A stretch of 64,000 nucleotides of DNA from positions 25,860 to 89,859 of the IMG/VR virus record IMGVR_UViG_3300025735_000294. One strand, given 5' to 3'. The position numbers were made by a program, and so were the translations under genes. This DNA is from a virus (taxonomy: Duplodnaviria; Caudoviricetes). The notes below the pieces were generated by a model. That model ran no database searches. It had not been told where the DNA came from and saw only the letters and a program-made list of their open reading frames with translations. How positions within the stretch are numbered: the stretch's first letter is position 1; the number at the start of each line of letters is the position of its first letter. Below, piece by piece: positions 17,701-26,815 of this stretch.

Positions 17701-20700
17701 ACCAAAGAGCAGTTTGCATCTATCCCCCTACGTGATGAAACGATAGAGGAAAACTCTCAGCAAGCGGTGTTTAACGCAGTTGATATGGGACGACTCGACC
17801 TTGCTTCCGGGCGGCATCGAGACGCGGCAAAGAAAAATAGAATTAAGGACCAGGCCGCTGACACCGGCACAACTAAAAAACGCAATGTTCCGTACTTTGA
17901 AGACATGCGCTTTGATAGCGTGATTGCTGATGAAGGTCACAACTACCGCAACTCATTTGGCGCTGGCCGCGAAGCCGGTCAATTAGCTTATTTGCCGAAT
18001 CCCTCAGTCTCTCAAATGGCACGCGATATGGCTGTGAAGTCAGCCTACATGATGCAGAAAAACAATGGGCGCGGCGTGGTTATGCTTACGGCTACACCAT
18101 TGGTAAATAGCCCGATAGATGCATTCAATATGCTGTCAACGGTGGTCCCACAGTCCGAATGGATCAGAATGGGCATCCTAACCCCAGATGATTTTGTTCG
18201 TGTCTTTGGCAAAACCGAAACAGTGCAGGTGCAAAAACTTTCCGGGGAAGTGGAAGAGAAGCAGGGCCTGGTTGGTTTCCAGAACCTTAACGGTTTGCGT
18301 GGCATTTTCCATCGCTGGACGACACTGAAGAACGCTGCTGACGTCGGGGAAACGGTCAAAATCCCGGACCTTGAAGAGAATACGCTTTCCATCCCAATGA
18401 CCGATGAGCAAGCAGAGATCTATGAAACGCTTCGCAAGCGCGCTCAAGAGCTCAGCAGCCCTGTAAAAACCGTTGTCATTAACGATGAAAATGGCGTCCC
18501 GCAGGAATACCACTCGATAAAGGACCCTAACGAGAAGCCGGATGATTTCATATTCTCCATCATTCGCGACATGGATAAAGTTGCGATAGATCCGGATCTG
18601 TATGCCAGCGCCATAACCTTCCAGTTCCCTTCGGACCAGAGCGTAAGAGCCAAGGGTATATTTGATGGCTTACCATCGATTGCCGGTGGCAGATTGTCAG
18701 ACGATGAAGATGAGGCCGTTGAAGGGCTGGTGGATACGCGGACGAGTAAGGTTGTCAAAACCGAGTTTTTCGACCGCACTACGCATGTTGAGATCAGGGC
18801 CAGCATAGAGCTGGAGCCAGAGATACTTAAGGCCATTAAAGCTGCAGGCATTCATCCTGAGACTGTCTCCCACCCAATACCACCAAAATATGCCGCGCTA
18901 ATAGACAACCTCCGGGAAGGTCTAAAAAGCGGTAAGCAGATCATCTTTATTGATGAGAAAGCACAGCACGAGAAATTGCGGCGAATCATCTCCAGCGCCC
19001 TTCAAATCGACCCAGCAGAGATCGGCATAATCAATGCAACTACTGTTCAAAAAGCTGGTGGTGTGAAGCTCAAGGCGGTGAAGCTGCCAACCGAGCCGAA
19101 ACCGAATAAAGATGGTGAGTTTAAAGACGGCGCCTGGGAAGAGTATTACACCAAAAAAGCCCAGTACGACGATTACGTAGCGGCCAAAACAGATACCAGC
19201 CTTGAAGGTATGGAGGGTATCGCTGCTGATTTCAACGAAGGCCGCACCCGGATTATTATCTGTAACAAAAAGGCAGAAGTAGGGATAAACCTTCATATTG
19301 GCACTACTGATGTCCACCATCTCACCTTGCCGTGGACACCGGCCAGTATTGACCAACGCAATGGTCGTGGCGCCCGTGTTGGTTCGCCTCAGGAAAAAGT
19401 CAGAGTCCATTACTATTGCGGTAAAGGTACTTTTGATGATTTCCGTCTTGAAACGCTAAAGCGCAAAAAGGACTGGATAAAGTCTGTGATGACCAGCGAC
19501 ATCTCCGAGATTTCCAATGGGGACGTTGAGGACGCTGATGAACGCGCCAGCATGCTGGCAGAAAACCCTGAGGCACGCCGCGCGATAATGGAACGTCAGA
19601 CTGAAGAGCGCAGACAACGGATAGCTGAAAAAGCACTACGCGATGCGAACAATGCTCTTGATAGCTTCCTCAAAGCGGCAAACGCAGCTAATCAGGATCT
19701 GGAAATGCTTAGCCTTGAGCTCCAATCAGCGACTGAAAGGCTGGAAAAAGACCAGGCCTATCACGATAAAATGGTGGCGTCCGGGACAACTCGAAATGGC
19801 CTTAAGATCTCTCTTGAGGGGTTAAGCAGAGGGAAAAAGCGAGTCCGAGAGTTGAAAGGCACTTTAGCGCGAGCCAAAACCGCAGGCACAACGATGAAGC
19901 GTGCGCGTGGGGATGTGGAGCGTGCTATCACAAACGGCGTGTTGGACATCGACATCGATGTTGTTCAAAACCCACAGTCATACATTCGCGTGCCGTCGGG
20001 TGTCATGCTCAGGATTGGCAGCTACTTCCGGGTGCTGACTGATGGAGCTGATCTCCCTTATGCCGGTGTCGTGCAGGTTAAGAAAATCTACCCAGAACGT
20101 GGGGAATTCGACTGCAAACTTATGTGGAAAGATGCTGATAGCCGCTATTCCTCGCGCAATGCTGGCAGCTCATTAACGCTCGATTTTGGTTCGGTGTTGG
20201 AGCCGGTTGTTTTTGAGAAGGATGCAGCTGAAGCCAGAATGAAAGCCGCTATAGGTGTTCCCTCATTCGAACTGTCTTTAGAGCTCACACGCGAGCAATT
20301 TGTTGACGCTATTACAATCGGGCAAATGCTCGTTAAAGGTAAGGCGGCATCGAGCTATTACGGCTATCAGGAAAAAGTTAACTACTGGGTATACCGAGAT
20401 GCGCTTGGCAAGCTCCATCTTAGCTTCTGCGGTGATGGAAAAATAGGCAATACGATAGGCAATTCTGGCAACAAAGAGATCCTTCCGGAGCAATGGGTTT
20501 ACCCAGATCGAAATGACGAATCACTTAAACGTGAGCTGGTGGCCCGTATGAATAGTGATGAACCGTTCAGCGAAAATGATGCTGCAGGTTTCCTGCGTGC
20601 CGTTTTTGGTTACGACTATGAGAAAGGCATGGAGGCATATGGCAATCAAGCCTCATATGACGATGTGGTCACTATTGTCGATAATTGGATGGCCAGCCGA

Positions 20701-21672
20701 GACTTAGATGGTCGTTCCCTGGATAAACTCTCTAGCGAGGATGTGATAAGCGTTTACCGGAAGCCAGCTGGTGATGGGCTTAAATCATTCTGGGAAGGTA
20801 TCATGGGCGTTCGCGGCTTCCGTGGTGAGTCGAAAGCGTTTGCCAACAAGAGTGAAATGGAGCGCATGTTTTACCAGGTCCGGGATGCGAGAATAAACGA
20901 CAAAATCAGCAGGGCGCAAACCGGCGCGAAAGAGCTGGGTGCCAAGATGTTTGCACAATACAAGAAGCTGACCGAAGACCAGGGCAAGGCTATGCTTCCG
21001 GCAATGTTGGTTGATTCAGCTGCAAATGCCTACAAGGTGGTCAATGAAACACTAAACCCGCTGGAGACAGATGCCACTATGTGGATTAATGCCGGTAAGG
21101 TGATCCACGCATACGAAGATAAAGACATTGGTGTCGATAATTTCTCGTCTACCGCAAGCCTTCTGATCCTCGTGAACATGGCCTTTAATCAGCTGGCAAA
21201 ACTGAAAGCCGGTGGTTACAAGGATCTGCTTAGCGAGGAATTGACTGGCGCTTCATGGGACGAATATCTGGGCATCTTCATGGGTGATTTGACCTCTGAG
21301 AGTGTAAAAGTCCGTCTGCAGGAGGCAAGGGCATTACGTCAGGACAGCGCCGAAGTGCAAGCAGAGGTCACGAAAGAAGCTGACGCAGATTACACCATTG
21401 AGATAAACACGACGGCGATCATTGGTAGGGTAAACGTGCGGCGGCGCTGGTTCAGTATCAATGAGCCAGAGGGACAGGTCTATCTGATCGCAGATAACCC
21501 TGGTAGTTCTGTTATCTACAGAGCCAAGAACGTCATCAAGAACCAGTTCAACGGACGTTTCTGGAACTTCGAAGCGAATCCGATTGCCGATGTTGAGTTT
21601 GATCGCCCGGCTTGGGTGGTTTCGACGCATTACAAAATTGATGAGATTCGGGCTGCTATTGCCCGCGGATAA
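14797..21672 (+). CDS. darB: DarB antirestriction protein (N6-MTase domain plus SNF2-type helicase)
   Basis: 2291 aa; MTase motifs LEPSAGTG and VGNVPFG; helicase motifs FGTGLGKT, IADEGHNYRN, MLTATP, QRNGRGAR. Confidence 0.95.
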   Translation: MNPVNALLASATSMDEILAVIARLHKPRPLATFGVTKREGVSLQRERRQANDLAIELLQSLPQNFDGNRLTDDQRQILARYSGEGGLKGKEGSQYEYYTPQFMAEGIWDLFANYGINGGHMLEPSAGTGIFQETKLPGAIITSAELSPLSGRINQLLHPEDDVRVGAFEDLASNVPDNTYDHAVGNVPFGEGRSGVASRDPAYAKEMNVGNYFVLRTIDKVKPGGLVILVVPNGMTDGTKSKKLRDKVSRRAEFLGAHRMPSGTFSESGTDTVVDVWVLRKHPSEFEDILRDSTDAQLAGANVLWSTFIKGKWFLTTEGRRFVHGEMERTNYQNMLVVKSDGRVTNAAMKTALSRRFDSRIDWDSLGVVTPAWQGAKEGDLRIVGGIWHKFDGVRWVIDAESFSLHVDEARYGAKTQSELHAKIGSTQGILSLTLEQIAAIANDYPSLIPDDMASLLRFVLKQRKKDRERIWRGSIVGLKINRAMDLRSLGQEFTDVMADAAQLTASEIDRYGKPGDVKLKDLSEAGSRHWLTFAGNVTTDGSTSALLNGQIDVSDGAAGIDFSKPDQVVAHLFSDVALVPVSLAEFRATFAGELPADDDALLNWLATFPEIAIDGFGNILPMGRAASGDIKSKVSALVALLESATGEQKANFERQLALINEKREFTPLDKVTVNMNARWLDRRLIKEFLAEQGYDEFKYTEPEMQIVDGVLVSADDYDGKDGVFTGYQMRTVSGKNGNEFKKANNKDGFLNQLENYLNGVKPRGVNANEYLDKIAALETSFNDWLRTHPNAESIANDYNDAFNGYIPFSHSSAPLGLTGISGKRIPLSYQNEEVRRLSEDGRGIMGFGTGLGKTTTALALEAYNFETGRTKRTCIAVPKAVYQNWYHEAQGFYSQEAFAGMLFVGLDEVMNEGGEISTAPVLDENGEPRLDSAGIAILRNVVKESSSATVIQRMNMIPTSNYRTVIMTKEQFASIPLRDETIEENSQQAVFNAVDMGRLDLASGRHRDAAKKNRIKDQAADTGTTKKRNVPYFEDMRFDSVIADEGHNYRNSFGAGREAGQLAYLPNPSVSQMARDMAVKSAYMMQKNNGRGVVMLTATPLVNSPIDAFNMLSTVVPQSEWIRMGILTPDDFVRVFGKTETVQVQKLSGEVEEKQGLVGFQNLNGLRGIFHRWTTLKNAADVGETVKIPDLEENTLSIPMTDEQAEIYETLRKRAQELSSPVKTVVINDENGVPQEYHSIKDPNEKPDDFIFSIIRDMDKVAIDPDLYASAITFQFPSDQSVRAKGIFDGLPSIAGGRLSDDEDEAVEGLVDTRTSKVVKTEFFDRTTHVEIRASIELEPEILKAIKAAGIHPETVSHPIPPKYAALIDNLREGLKSGKQIIFIDEKAQHEKLRRIISSALQIDPAEIGIINATTVQKAGGVKLKAVKLPTEPKPNKDGEFKDGAWEEYYTKKAQYDDYVAAKTDTSLEGMEGIAADFNEGRTRIIICNKKAEVGINLHIGTTDVHHLTLPWTPASIDQRNGRGARVGSPQEKVRVHYYCGKGTFDDFRLETLKRKKDWIKSVMTSDISEISNGDVEDADERASMLAENPEARRAIMERQTEERRQRIAEKALRDANNALDSFLKAANAANQDLEMLSLELQSATERLEKDQAYHDKMVASGTTRNGLKISLEGLSRGKKRVRELKGTLARAKTAGTTMKRARGDVERAITNGVLDIDIDVVQNPQSYIRVPSGVMLRIGSYFRVLTDGADLPYAGVVQVKKIYPERGEFDCKLMWKDADSRYSSRNAGSSLTLDFGSVLEPVVFEKDAAEARMKAAIGVPSFELSLELTREQFVDAITIGQMLVKGKAASSYYGYQEKVNYWVYRDALGKLHLSFCGDGKIGNTIGNSGNKEILPEQWVYPDRNDESLKRELVARMNSDEPFSENDAAGFLRAVFGYDYEKGMEAYGNQASYDDVVTIVDNWMASRDLDGRSLDKLSSEDVISVYRKPAGDGLKSFWEGIMGVRGFRGESKAFANKSEMERMFYQVRDARINDKISRAQTGAKELGAKMFAQYKKLTEDQGKAMLPAMLVDSAANAYKVVNETLNPLETDATMWINAGKVIHAYEDKDIGVDNFSSTASLLILVNMAFNQLAKLKAGGYKDLLSEELTGASWDEYLGIFMGDLTSESVKVRLQEARALRQDSAEVQAEVTKEADADYTIEINTTAIIGRVNVRRRWFSINEPEGQVYLIADNPGSSVIYRAKNVIKNQFNGRFWNFEANPIADVEFDRPAWVVSTHYKIDEIRAAIARG

Positions 21673-21709
21673 ATGCTTAAGGAGCTGCCCCGCAAGGGGC
21701 AGAAGGCAA

Positions 21710-22150
21710 ATGACAACGCTTATTGAAACTATTATGCCAACAGAAGGCTATGTAACCAGTCTGTTAGAGGAAGCACTGAACGGGAAATCAGAACAGGAGT
21801 TTGTTGCATTTTATTTGCAAGGTGTAATTGATAGGGTGATACGTGAACCACGCACCTATCGTTGTTTTGGTCCCTGGTGGCCAGCCATCAAAACTTTAAT
21901 AATTGCTGGTGGTTGTACGAAACTGGGCCAAATCGTCGAAAGTGACGTAGCTGAAACTTATAAACTGAGTCGTCCTGCTTTAACCGTTATCGCCGCTCAT
22001 CTTTATTCAGATGAGCGGGTGGACAGGGAGGGACTCTTTAACTCAATACATCAATTAGTTGTGCTGCCGACTTCAGATGATACTGAACCGTATATTTATA
22101 CGAGCTATGATGAATCTATTGAGAAATACAAAGGGTTAGGTGGTGTGTAG
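21710..22150 (+). CDS. ulx: Ulx, enhancer of DarB packaging
   Basis: YRCFGPWWPAIK and YKLSRPALTVIAA.LYS.ER match P1 Ulx; directly downstream of darB. Confidence 0.8.
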   Translation: MTTLIETIMPTEGYVTSLLEEALNGKSEQEFVAFYLQGVIDRVIREPRTYRCFGPWWPAIKTLIIAGGCTKLGQIVESDVAETYKLSRPALTVIAAHLYSDERVDREGLFNSIHQLVVLPTSDDTEPYIYTSYDESIEKYKGLGGV

Positions 22151-22386
22151 TGAAGAATAGAGTTTTCACATTTGAAGATCTGAAAATCTATGCAAAATTT
22201 AAGGGTTATGATTTAGGATTTCACAGATACCGAGGAGTTTTTACATTAACAAATCTTTCGAATGAAGAAGAGTGGGGCTGGGTGTATTTTCCTCATGCAG
22301 ATCAGACAGTAGCGAAGATTAATGACTTAAACCTCGAAGGGTGGAAACTAGCTATTGATCATTCAATAGCGCTCGTTAATAAATAG
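22150..22386 (+). CDS. Small protein at the P1 lxc position (possible C1 co-repressor)
   Basis: 78 aa directly after ulx; similarity to Lxc is weak, so the call rests mainly on synteny. Confidence 0.4.
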   Translation: MKNRVFTFEDLKIYAKFKGYDLGFHRYRGVFTLTNLSNEEEWGWVYFPHADQTVAKINDLNLEGWKLAIDHSIALVNK

Positions 22387-22470
22387 GCGTCATAATGACA
22401 TCTATTCTGTTGATCGCGATCATTAACAAAAACCCACTGATTAAAAAACAAACGCCCCTTTTAAAGGGGT

Positions 22471-22492
22471 ATTTGTGATTGCCCTCACATTT
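22471..22492. promoter_or_regulatory. CRP-like site
   Basis: ATT-TGTGA-TTGCCC-TCACA-TTT, a perfect TGTGA-N6-TCACA core. Confidence 0.5.
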
Positions 22493-22557
22493 ATGTATCG
22501 TCAAATTCACTTTCTTTATCTCCAAAAAATGCTATTCGCGATTCGCCAGAGGCATGT

Positions 22558-23076
22558 GTGCTCAAATTCACGGAAGATTGGTACCAGACCCACGTAAATA
22601 AATCAAAAACGCGTAAAGGCACCACTACCCCGAAAATAAAAGCACTTTTAGATAAATATATTTCACCTCATGCTCAGGCGCTTGCAGCATTAGTAAAAAA
22701 CCCTACATTGTCGAAGGGCAATGAAGAGCACTATCTGCAAGTCCGGATCTTTGACTGGCTGGAGCGCGAGCTTCCTGAAATATATGACCTCACACATGCA
22801 ACTCCCAATGGCGGAAAGCGTGGGAAAAAGACAGCTTTTGCAATGAAGGCCGAAGGGCAAAAGAAAGGTTATTTAGACCTTTCCATCGACCGGGCCTGCG
22901 GCGGCTTTCACGGCTTCCGGATGGAAGTGAAGTTTGGCAAAAACAGGCTGACACCCGAACAAATCCAGTGGGTTTCTAAACTGGAGCGGGAAGGGTACAA
23001 GGTTGTCGTTGTCTGGACGCTAGAAGACGCTGTAAAGGAAATTACAGATTACGTTTCTTTGGAGGAATTGTCGTGA
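22558..23076 (+). CDS. pmgM: VRR-NUC domain nuclease, P1 PmgM-like
   Basis: HATPNGGKR.K..A..MKAEGQKKGY.D...GFRMEVK...LT.EQ..W...L..EGY. Confidence 0.8.
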   Translation: MLKFTEDWYQTHVNKSKTRKGTTTPKIKALLDKYISPHAQALAALVKNPTLSKGNEEHYLQVRIFDWLERELPEIYDLTHATPNGGKRGKKTAFAMKAEGQKKGYLDLSIDRACGGFHGFRMEVKFGKNRLTPEQIQWVSKLEREGYKVVVVWTLEDAVKEITDYVSLEELS

Positions 23077-23267
23077 TATCAAAGCTTATGGAAGGGACAT
23101 TTGGATCAGCAGGAGTTTATGCGCGTCGCGCTGCATGGCCGTTGACCCAAGTAGCCGAGTTTACACGTTCAGGTGACGACGTTGTAGCTAGGTCTGCCAG
23201 TACCGGACACCGCATCGAACTTGGTCCAGAAGACTATCTGGCAAAGGATTGGGTGCTATGTTGCTAA
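23073..23267 (+). CDS. Small hypothetical protein (pmg operon)
   Basis: 64 aa, overlapping coupling with both neighbours. Confidence 0.5.
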   Translation: MISKLMEGTFGSAGVYARRAAWPLTQVAEFTRSGDDVVARSASTGHRIELGPEDYLAKDWVLCC

Positions 23268-23563
23268 AAAAAAGATATCACTATTTTTCAATCTGTCTTT
23301 CCGAAGAAACGGGCAAGATCCGCAGCGCGATAATGGTCGGGCAATCGCGGTGTGTTACGGCCCCTCTAATCAAAAGAGCTTATGAGCACTTAAGCTTCCC
23401 TGAAACTGCTGTGGTCGTTAATGCCTGTTGGCTTGGAAAGATGACGCAGGAAGAATATCAGAATGGGATAGTGATACGCTCCCGAGCTGAAGCGGCAAAA
23501 GCATATATACCGTGGGTTTGCTGTTTAACTCTGGCCGCCAGCCTCGCTTACCAGTTTCTGTAA
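23249..23563 (+). CDS. Hypothetical protein with a C-terminal hydrophobic helix (pmg operon)
   Basis: 104 aa ORF ending just before a terminator at ~23572-23596. Confidence 0.55.
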   Translation: MGAMLLKKRYHYFSICLSEETGKIRSAIMVGQSRCVTAPLIKRAYEHLSFPETAVVVNACWLGKMTQEEYQNGIVIRSRAEAAKAYIPWVCCLTLAASLAYQFL

Positions 23564-23645
23564 TCCCCATCAAACCAGCGTTCGCTGGTTTTTTTGCGCC
23601 TTAAAACCTCCCATAGACAAACCAACATTTTCCAATAGAATATGT

Positions 23646-23669
23646 TTAGATTGTGCATCACAACTCTAA
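23646..23669. promoter_or_regulatory. Repressor operator-like dyad TTAGATT-N10-ACTCTAA
   Basis: One mismatch from the dyad repeated at 24945, 31752 and 33092; sits just upstream of the start codon. Confidence 0.6.
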
Positions 23670-23672
23670 GGA

Positions 23673-24944
23673 ATGAAAATGAGCACTGTTTTACCACAGC
23701 AAAAAGCCGTAACTGAGGATGTCTTAGCTGCAGGGATTGAAGCGCTGCGTAGCCAAATATCTCTCGCCATGAAGCGATCTGCCGGTGATGACCTTACCGT
23801 GAGACTTTTTGAGAGTGCATTGCTCTCACTCGATAACCTGGTATCGGCTATCAACATACGATTGGACGATTCGGTTGATGAGTTTAACCGGGTTGTTGAT
23901 CTGCTAGAACAGTATCAAGAAGACATGAACACTCATCATCTGGAGGTGGTCAAGCTATGTGGCTTGGAGATGGGGCCATATAGCGAGTTAGCCGGATTAC
24001 TTGCTACCAGGCTCGAAGACCTTAAAATTCAGGTCCAGCACGCCAATAATCGCACCGACGCCTCAATGCTGATGAACGACGAGCTTAGGCGTTCCTTCAA
24101 CAAGTATAAAAAAGACTACCCTGAAAGCCTCGTAATTGACCTGCGGAGCCGTGAACGTGATAACAACAGCTTGAAGCGTGAGCGCAAGGCGCTCAAAGAG
24201 GAGATAGCTGAGCTTGGAAAAAGCCTGAGAGAACATAAGAAGAAATGCGTTCATCTTGAAAGTGATAACCTGGCTCGTGCGAAGGAAATCCAAACGTTAA
24301 AGGAAAACGATTTAGCGTTGAGAGAAACTCTTGATGAATACAGCGGCATTCGGGACAAAGTGAAATGCTTCGATATCACAAAGAACGGTGGTAACGGAGG
24401 TTTTGCCTATATCTATAGCTACCCCTTTGGCCTGGCCGCCGATGTAGGCCGTCGTCACGAAGTCATTTTAACCGCGCGTTTCCACTTTCAGATCCGGACC
24501 AGTCACCTTCTGGCCATGGATGTGATCCCAACAATATGGGGAGCTCCGTTATACAATCGGCTGAAGGATTTCGAGGAGAATTGGAACACTGAAATCGATG
24601 AAGAGCTCCACCAAAGGATCATGATGAAGCTTGAGAAGAGCTTCCCTAAGCTGCATAGGCGTATCAGTGCTTCCAAAGTGGCGAGTGTTGACGAACTAGA
24701 TATGCGTCCCACTACGCTGGTGGTCCTTAAAGCACTGGGCTTTACGACCGTCTTCAATGTTGCATCTATACCATCTACTTTCATGCCTTCCATTGAAGGG
24801 TTAGACAAACAGATGGATGAGGAGATCGTTGCTTCGGTGCGCATGTGGGCATCCAAATGGGATAAACAGAACGGAATCGTCGAAGAGCTCTATGGCATGA
24901 AAAACACGGTAACAGGGCAAGTATTTTACAAAGCCAACAAGTAA
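23673..24944 (+). CDS. PmgS-like coiled-coil protein with a C-terminal alpha-CTD-like HhH domain
   Basis: 423 aa with a long coiled coil; size and position match P1 pmgS; C-terminal SVDELDMRPTTLVVLKALGFTTV. Confidence 0.55.
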   Translation: MKMSTVLPQQKAVTEDVLAAGIEALRSQISLAMKRSAGDDLTVRLFESALLSLDNLVSAINIRLDDSVDEFNRVVDLLEQYQEDMNTHHLEVVKLCGLEMGPYSELAGLLATRLEDLKIQVQHANNRTDASMLMNDELRRSFNKYKKDYPESLVIDLRSRERDNNSLKRERKALKEEIAELGKSLREHKKKCVHLESDNLARAKEIQTLKENDLALRETLDEYSGIRDKVKCFDITKNGGNGGFAYIYSYPFGLAADVGRRHEVILTARFHFQIRTSHLLAMDVIPTIWGAPLYNRLKDFEENWNTEIDEELHQRIMMKLEKSFPKLHRRISASKVASVDELDMRPTTLVVLKALGFTTVFNVASIPSTFMPSIEGLDKQMDEEIVASVRMWASKWDKQNGIVEELYGMKNTVTGQVFYKANK

Positions 24945-24997
24945 TTAGATTTAGTATCAACAATCTAATTGAATTATCCATTTAGCAGTGTTAAATT
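24945..24997 (+). promoter_or_regulatory. Operator dyad abutting the sigma70 promoter of the RNA cluster
   Basis: TTAGATT-N10-AATCTAA (24945-24968), then TTGAAT-17 nt-TAAATT with an extended -10 TG. Confidence 0.7.
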
Positions 24998-25454
24998 TCC
25001 ACACGTTCGCTGAGGTTGGTGGACAGGGAGGCGGGAAGGAACCCAGGTATATGCAAGCCACGGTCTTTCGCCCTTACCTGATCAAAATCAAATTTAAGCA
25101 TTAGATTTTGAATCCTCCCTATACACCACGCCTCAACGGACTGCTAATACATGGCATCGCCTTCCCCTTAACTGGGAGGATGGAAAAGCAGCCATTACAG
25201 AGATGACTACAGCTCATGCGCTAAGAACCTAGTTAATGAGTCAAATACAACGGGTCGTATTGTAGTCGTCTCTGCAATGGGAGTAGGACTAGCCAGCCGG
25301 AGGTGCTTTAACACCGGCAGTGACAGCGGATTAGTGCGATGAGCCCATACTCATCTTCCTCCTTAAACCAAAGAGGGTAATCGTATTCCCTGGCAACTGA
25401 ATAGGGGGAAGTCAGAACGGAAGCGATTATGATTCTTTGTTCCGTGATATCACC

Positions 25455-25540
25455 GTTTAGCCCGCGCTAAGGGCTGTTAAGTAAAGGAATGGAATTGCTG
25501 TGTGTAGTCTTTGCCCATCTCCCACGATGGGCCTTTTTTT
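25455..25540 (+). ncRNA. rprA: RprA-like small RNA (3' seed region and terminator); 5' boundary uncertain
   Basis: GAATTGCTGTGTGTAGTCTTTGCCCATCTCCCACGATGGGC plus a U-tract (25492-25540) matches the 3' half of enterobacterial RprA as recalled. Confidence 0.75.
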
Positions 25541-25632
25541 ACACCAGCCCATAACAGGTAAGAGCATTGAGAACCGCCGAGACTGACTGAAATAAAGTTA
25601 AGTCCGTGCAAACGTCATGCAGTGCTCTTCCC

Positions 25633-25758
25633 GTTGTGGTAATGCGGCTCAGCGCTCGTGGTAATTAGTGATGCCATTGCTTTTTCCTGTGGTTTGTATA
25701 GCGCCGCTGGTGGTTTTTCACTATCCCATCCAGCAGGGGGAGGCACCCCCGCCACAAC
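25633..25758 (+). ncRNA. tRNA-shaped/C4-like RNA module A
   Basis: GTTGTGG/CCACAAC closing stem; GCG-GCTCAG-CGC hairpin; GGGGG-AGGCA-CCCCC T-like arm. Confidence 0.65.
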
Positions 25759-25972
25759 GTTCTACAGTACAAAGGATCGAAACGGGTCGCCCTCCTAATG
25801 AGAGGAGTGTTTTGAGGAAGGTGAACGACAAGTAGCCCCTCCTGTCACGGCAGTGAAAGCGGTTGATGGCTTATCCCGCTCATAGAATGCCCCGTGAGGC
25901 TAAATAAATGCCCGCCTGCTCCCCGTTAACGGAGCACCACAATCAAAACGGGTGTTAGACGCTCTTTTTGAT

Positions 25973-26098
25973 TGTGGTGAATGCGGCTAAGCGCACGCGG
26001 GGAATTGGTTTTAAATTTGAGCTCCAGTTCATAGGTAAAAACTTCCCGTCCACGGTCTAAAGCCAGCCAAAGGACACCGGGAGGCACCCGGCACCACA
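25973..26098 (+). ncRNA. tRNA-shaped/C4-like RNA module B
   Basis: TGTGGTG/CACCACA closing stem; GCG-GCTAAG-CGC hairpin; CCGGG-AGGCA-CCCGG arm. Confidence 0.7.
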
Positions 26099-26369
26099 AA
26101 CCAACACCACGCCCGGAGACGGCTAAGTAACCTGAATGGCGAAACGTCAATGTACCTGAACCGGCAATGTGTGCCGAGGACGGAAGGCATATGCCGTGAC
26201 AGCCGAGAGAGTTCGGCACACAACAGAGTGAATCATTCTTGCCTCTGGTCCGGGATCGCGACTGGTGGGGGCGGGTAGCCACACAAGCCGTAACGCGAAA
26301 CGGCCCGAGTGGAGTTAAGCGAGGAGAACCTTATCGGGGAAGTGAAACCCTGGGGGGATGGTTCACCCT

Positions 26370-26499
26370 GTTGTGGATGTAGCTCAATTGGAACAGAGCG
26401 CCCCTGAAGGGGGAGTTGAGCGCTACCTAAGGATCATAACCCAGGGTATCTCATACGGTCCGGCCGGACGTTATCCGGGTTCAAGTCCCGGCACACAAC
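26370..26499 (+). ncRNA. tRNA-like RNA (module C) with canonical D and T arms and an expanded middle
   Basis: TAGCTCAATTGGAACAGAGC D arm; CCGGG-TTCAAGT-CCCGG T arm; bulged acceptor GTTGTG(GA)TG/CACACAAC; no 7-nt anticodon loop. Confidence 0.65.
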
Positions 26500-26701
26500 C
26501 TCATAGAATCAAGTAATCATAGAATTCTGTAATCATATGAATATTTTCGAGTTCATGGACAAGAACCCAGGCCTGACATTGGCCATGATTATCGTTGTTG
26601 TCTTTGGGTTTGCTAACATCGCAAGTTCGCTCCGCCGCAAGAAGCCTTAAGCCGCCTCGTTTAGTTTTGGTTAAGTCATTGTACTTTAACCTTACGCTCC
26701 C

Positions 26702-26806
26702 TGAGGTGAATCCCCCTAAGCGGCGGGGCATATCAGCTGCGACAACACCTTGCCAATGCGAGTTCCAATGCTGTGAGGAGCTCACCGGGAGGCACCCGGC
26801 ACCTCA
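26702..26806 (+). ncRNA. tRNA-shaped/C4-like RNA module D
   Basis: TGAGGTG/CACCTCA closing stem (compensatory change relative to module B); CCGGG-AGGCA-CCCGG arm. Confidence 0.65.
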
Positions 26807-26815
26807 AACTTTCAA

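Noticed and set aside
14797-21672. DarB as a novel helicase-methyltransferase defence system
   Set aside because: Size, motifs and the ulx neighbour match the well-described P1 DarB
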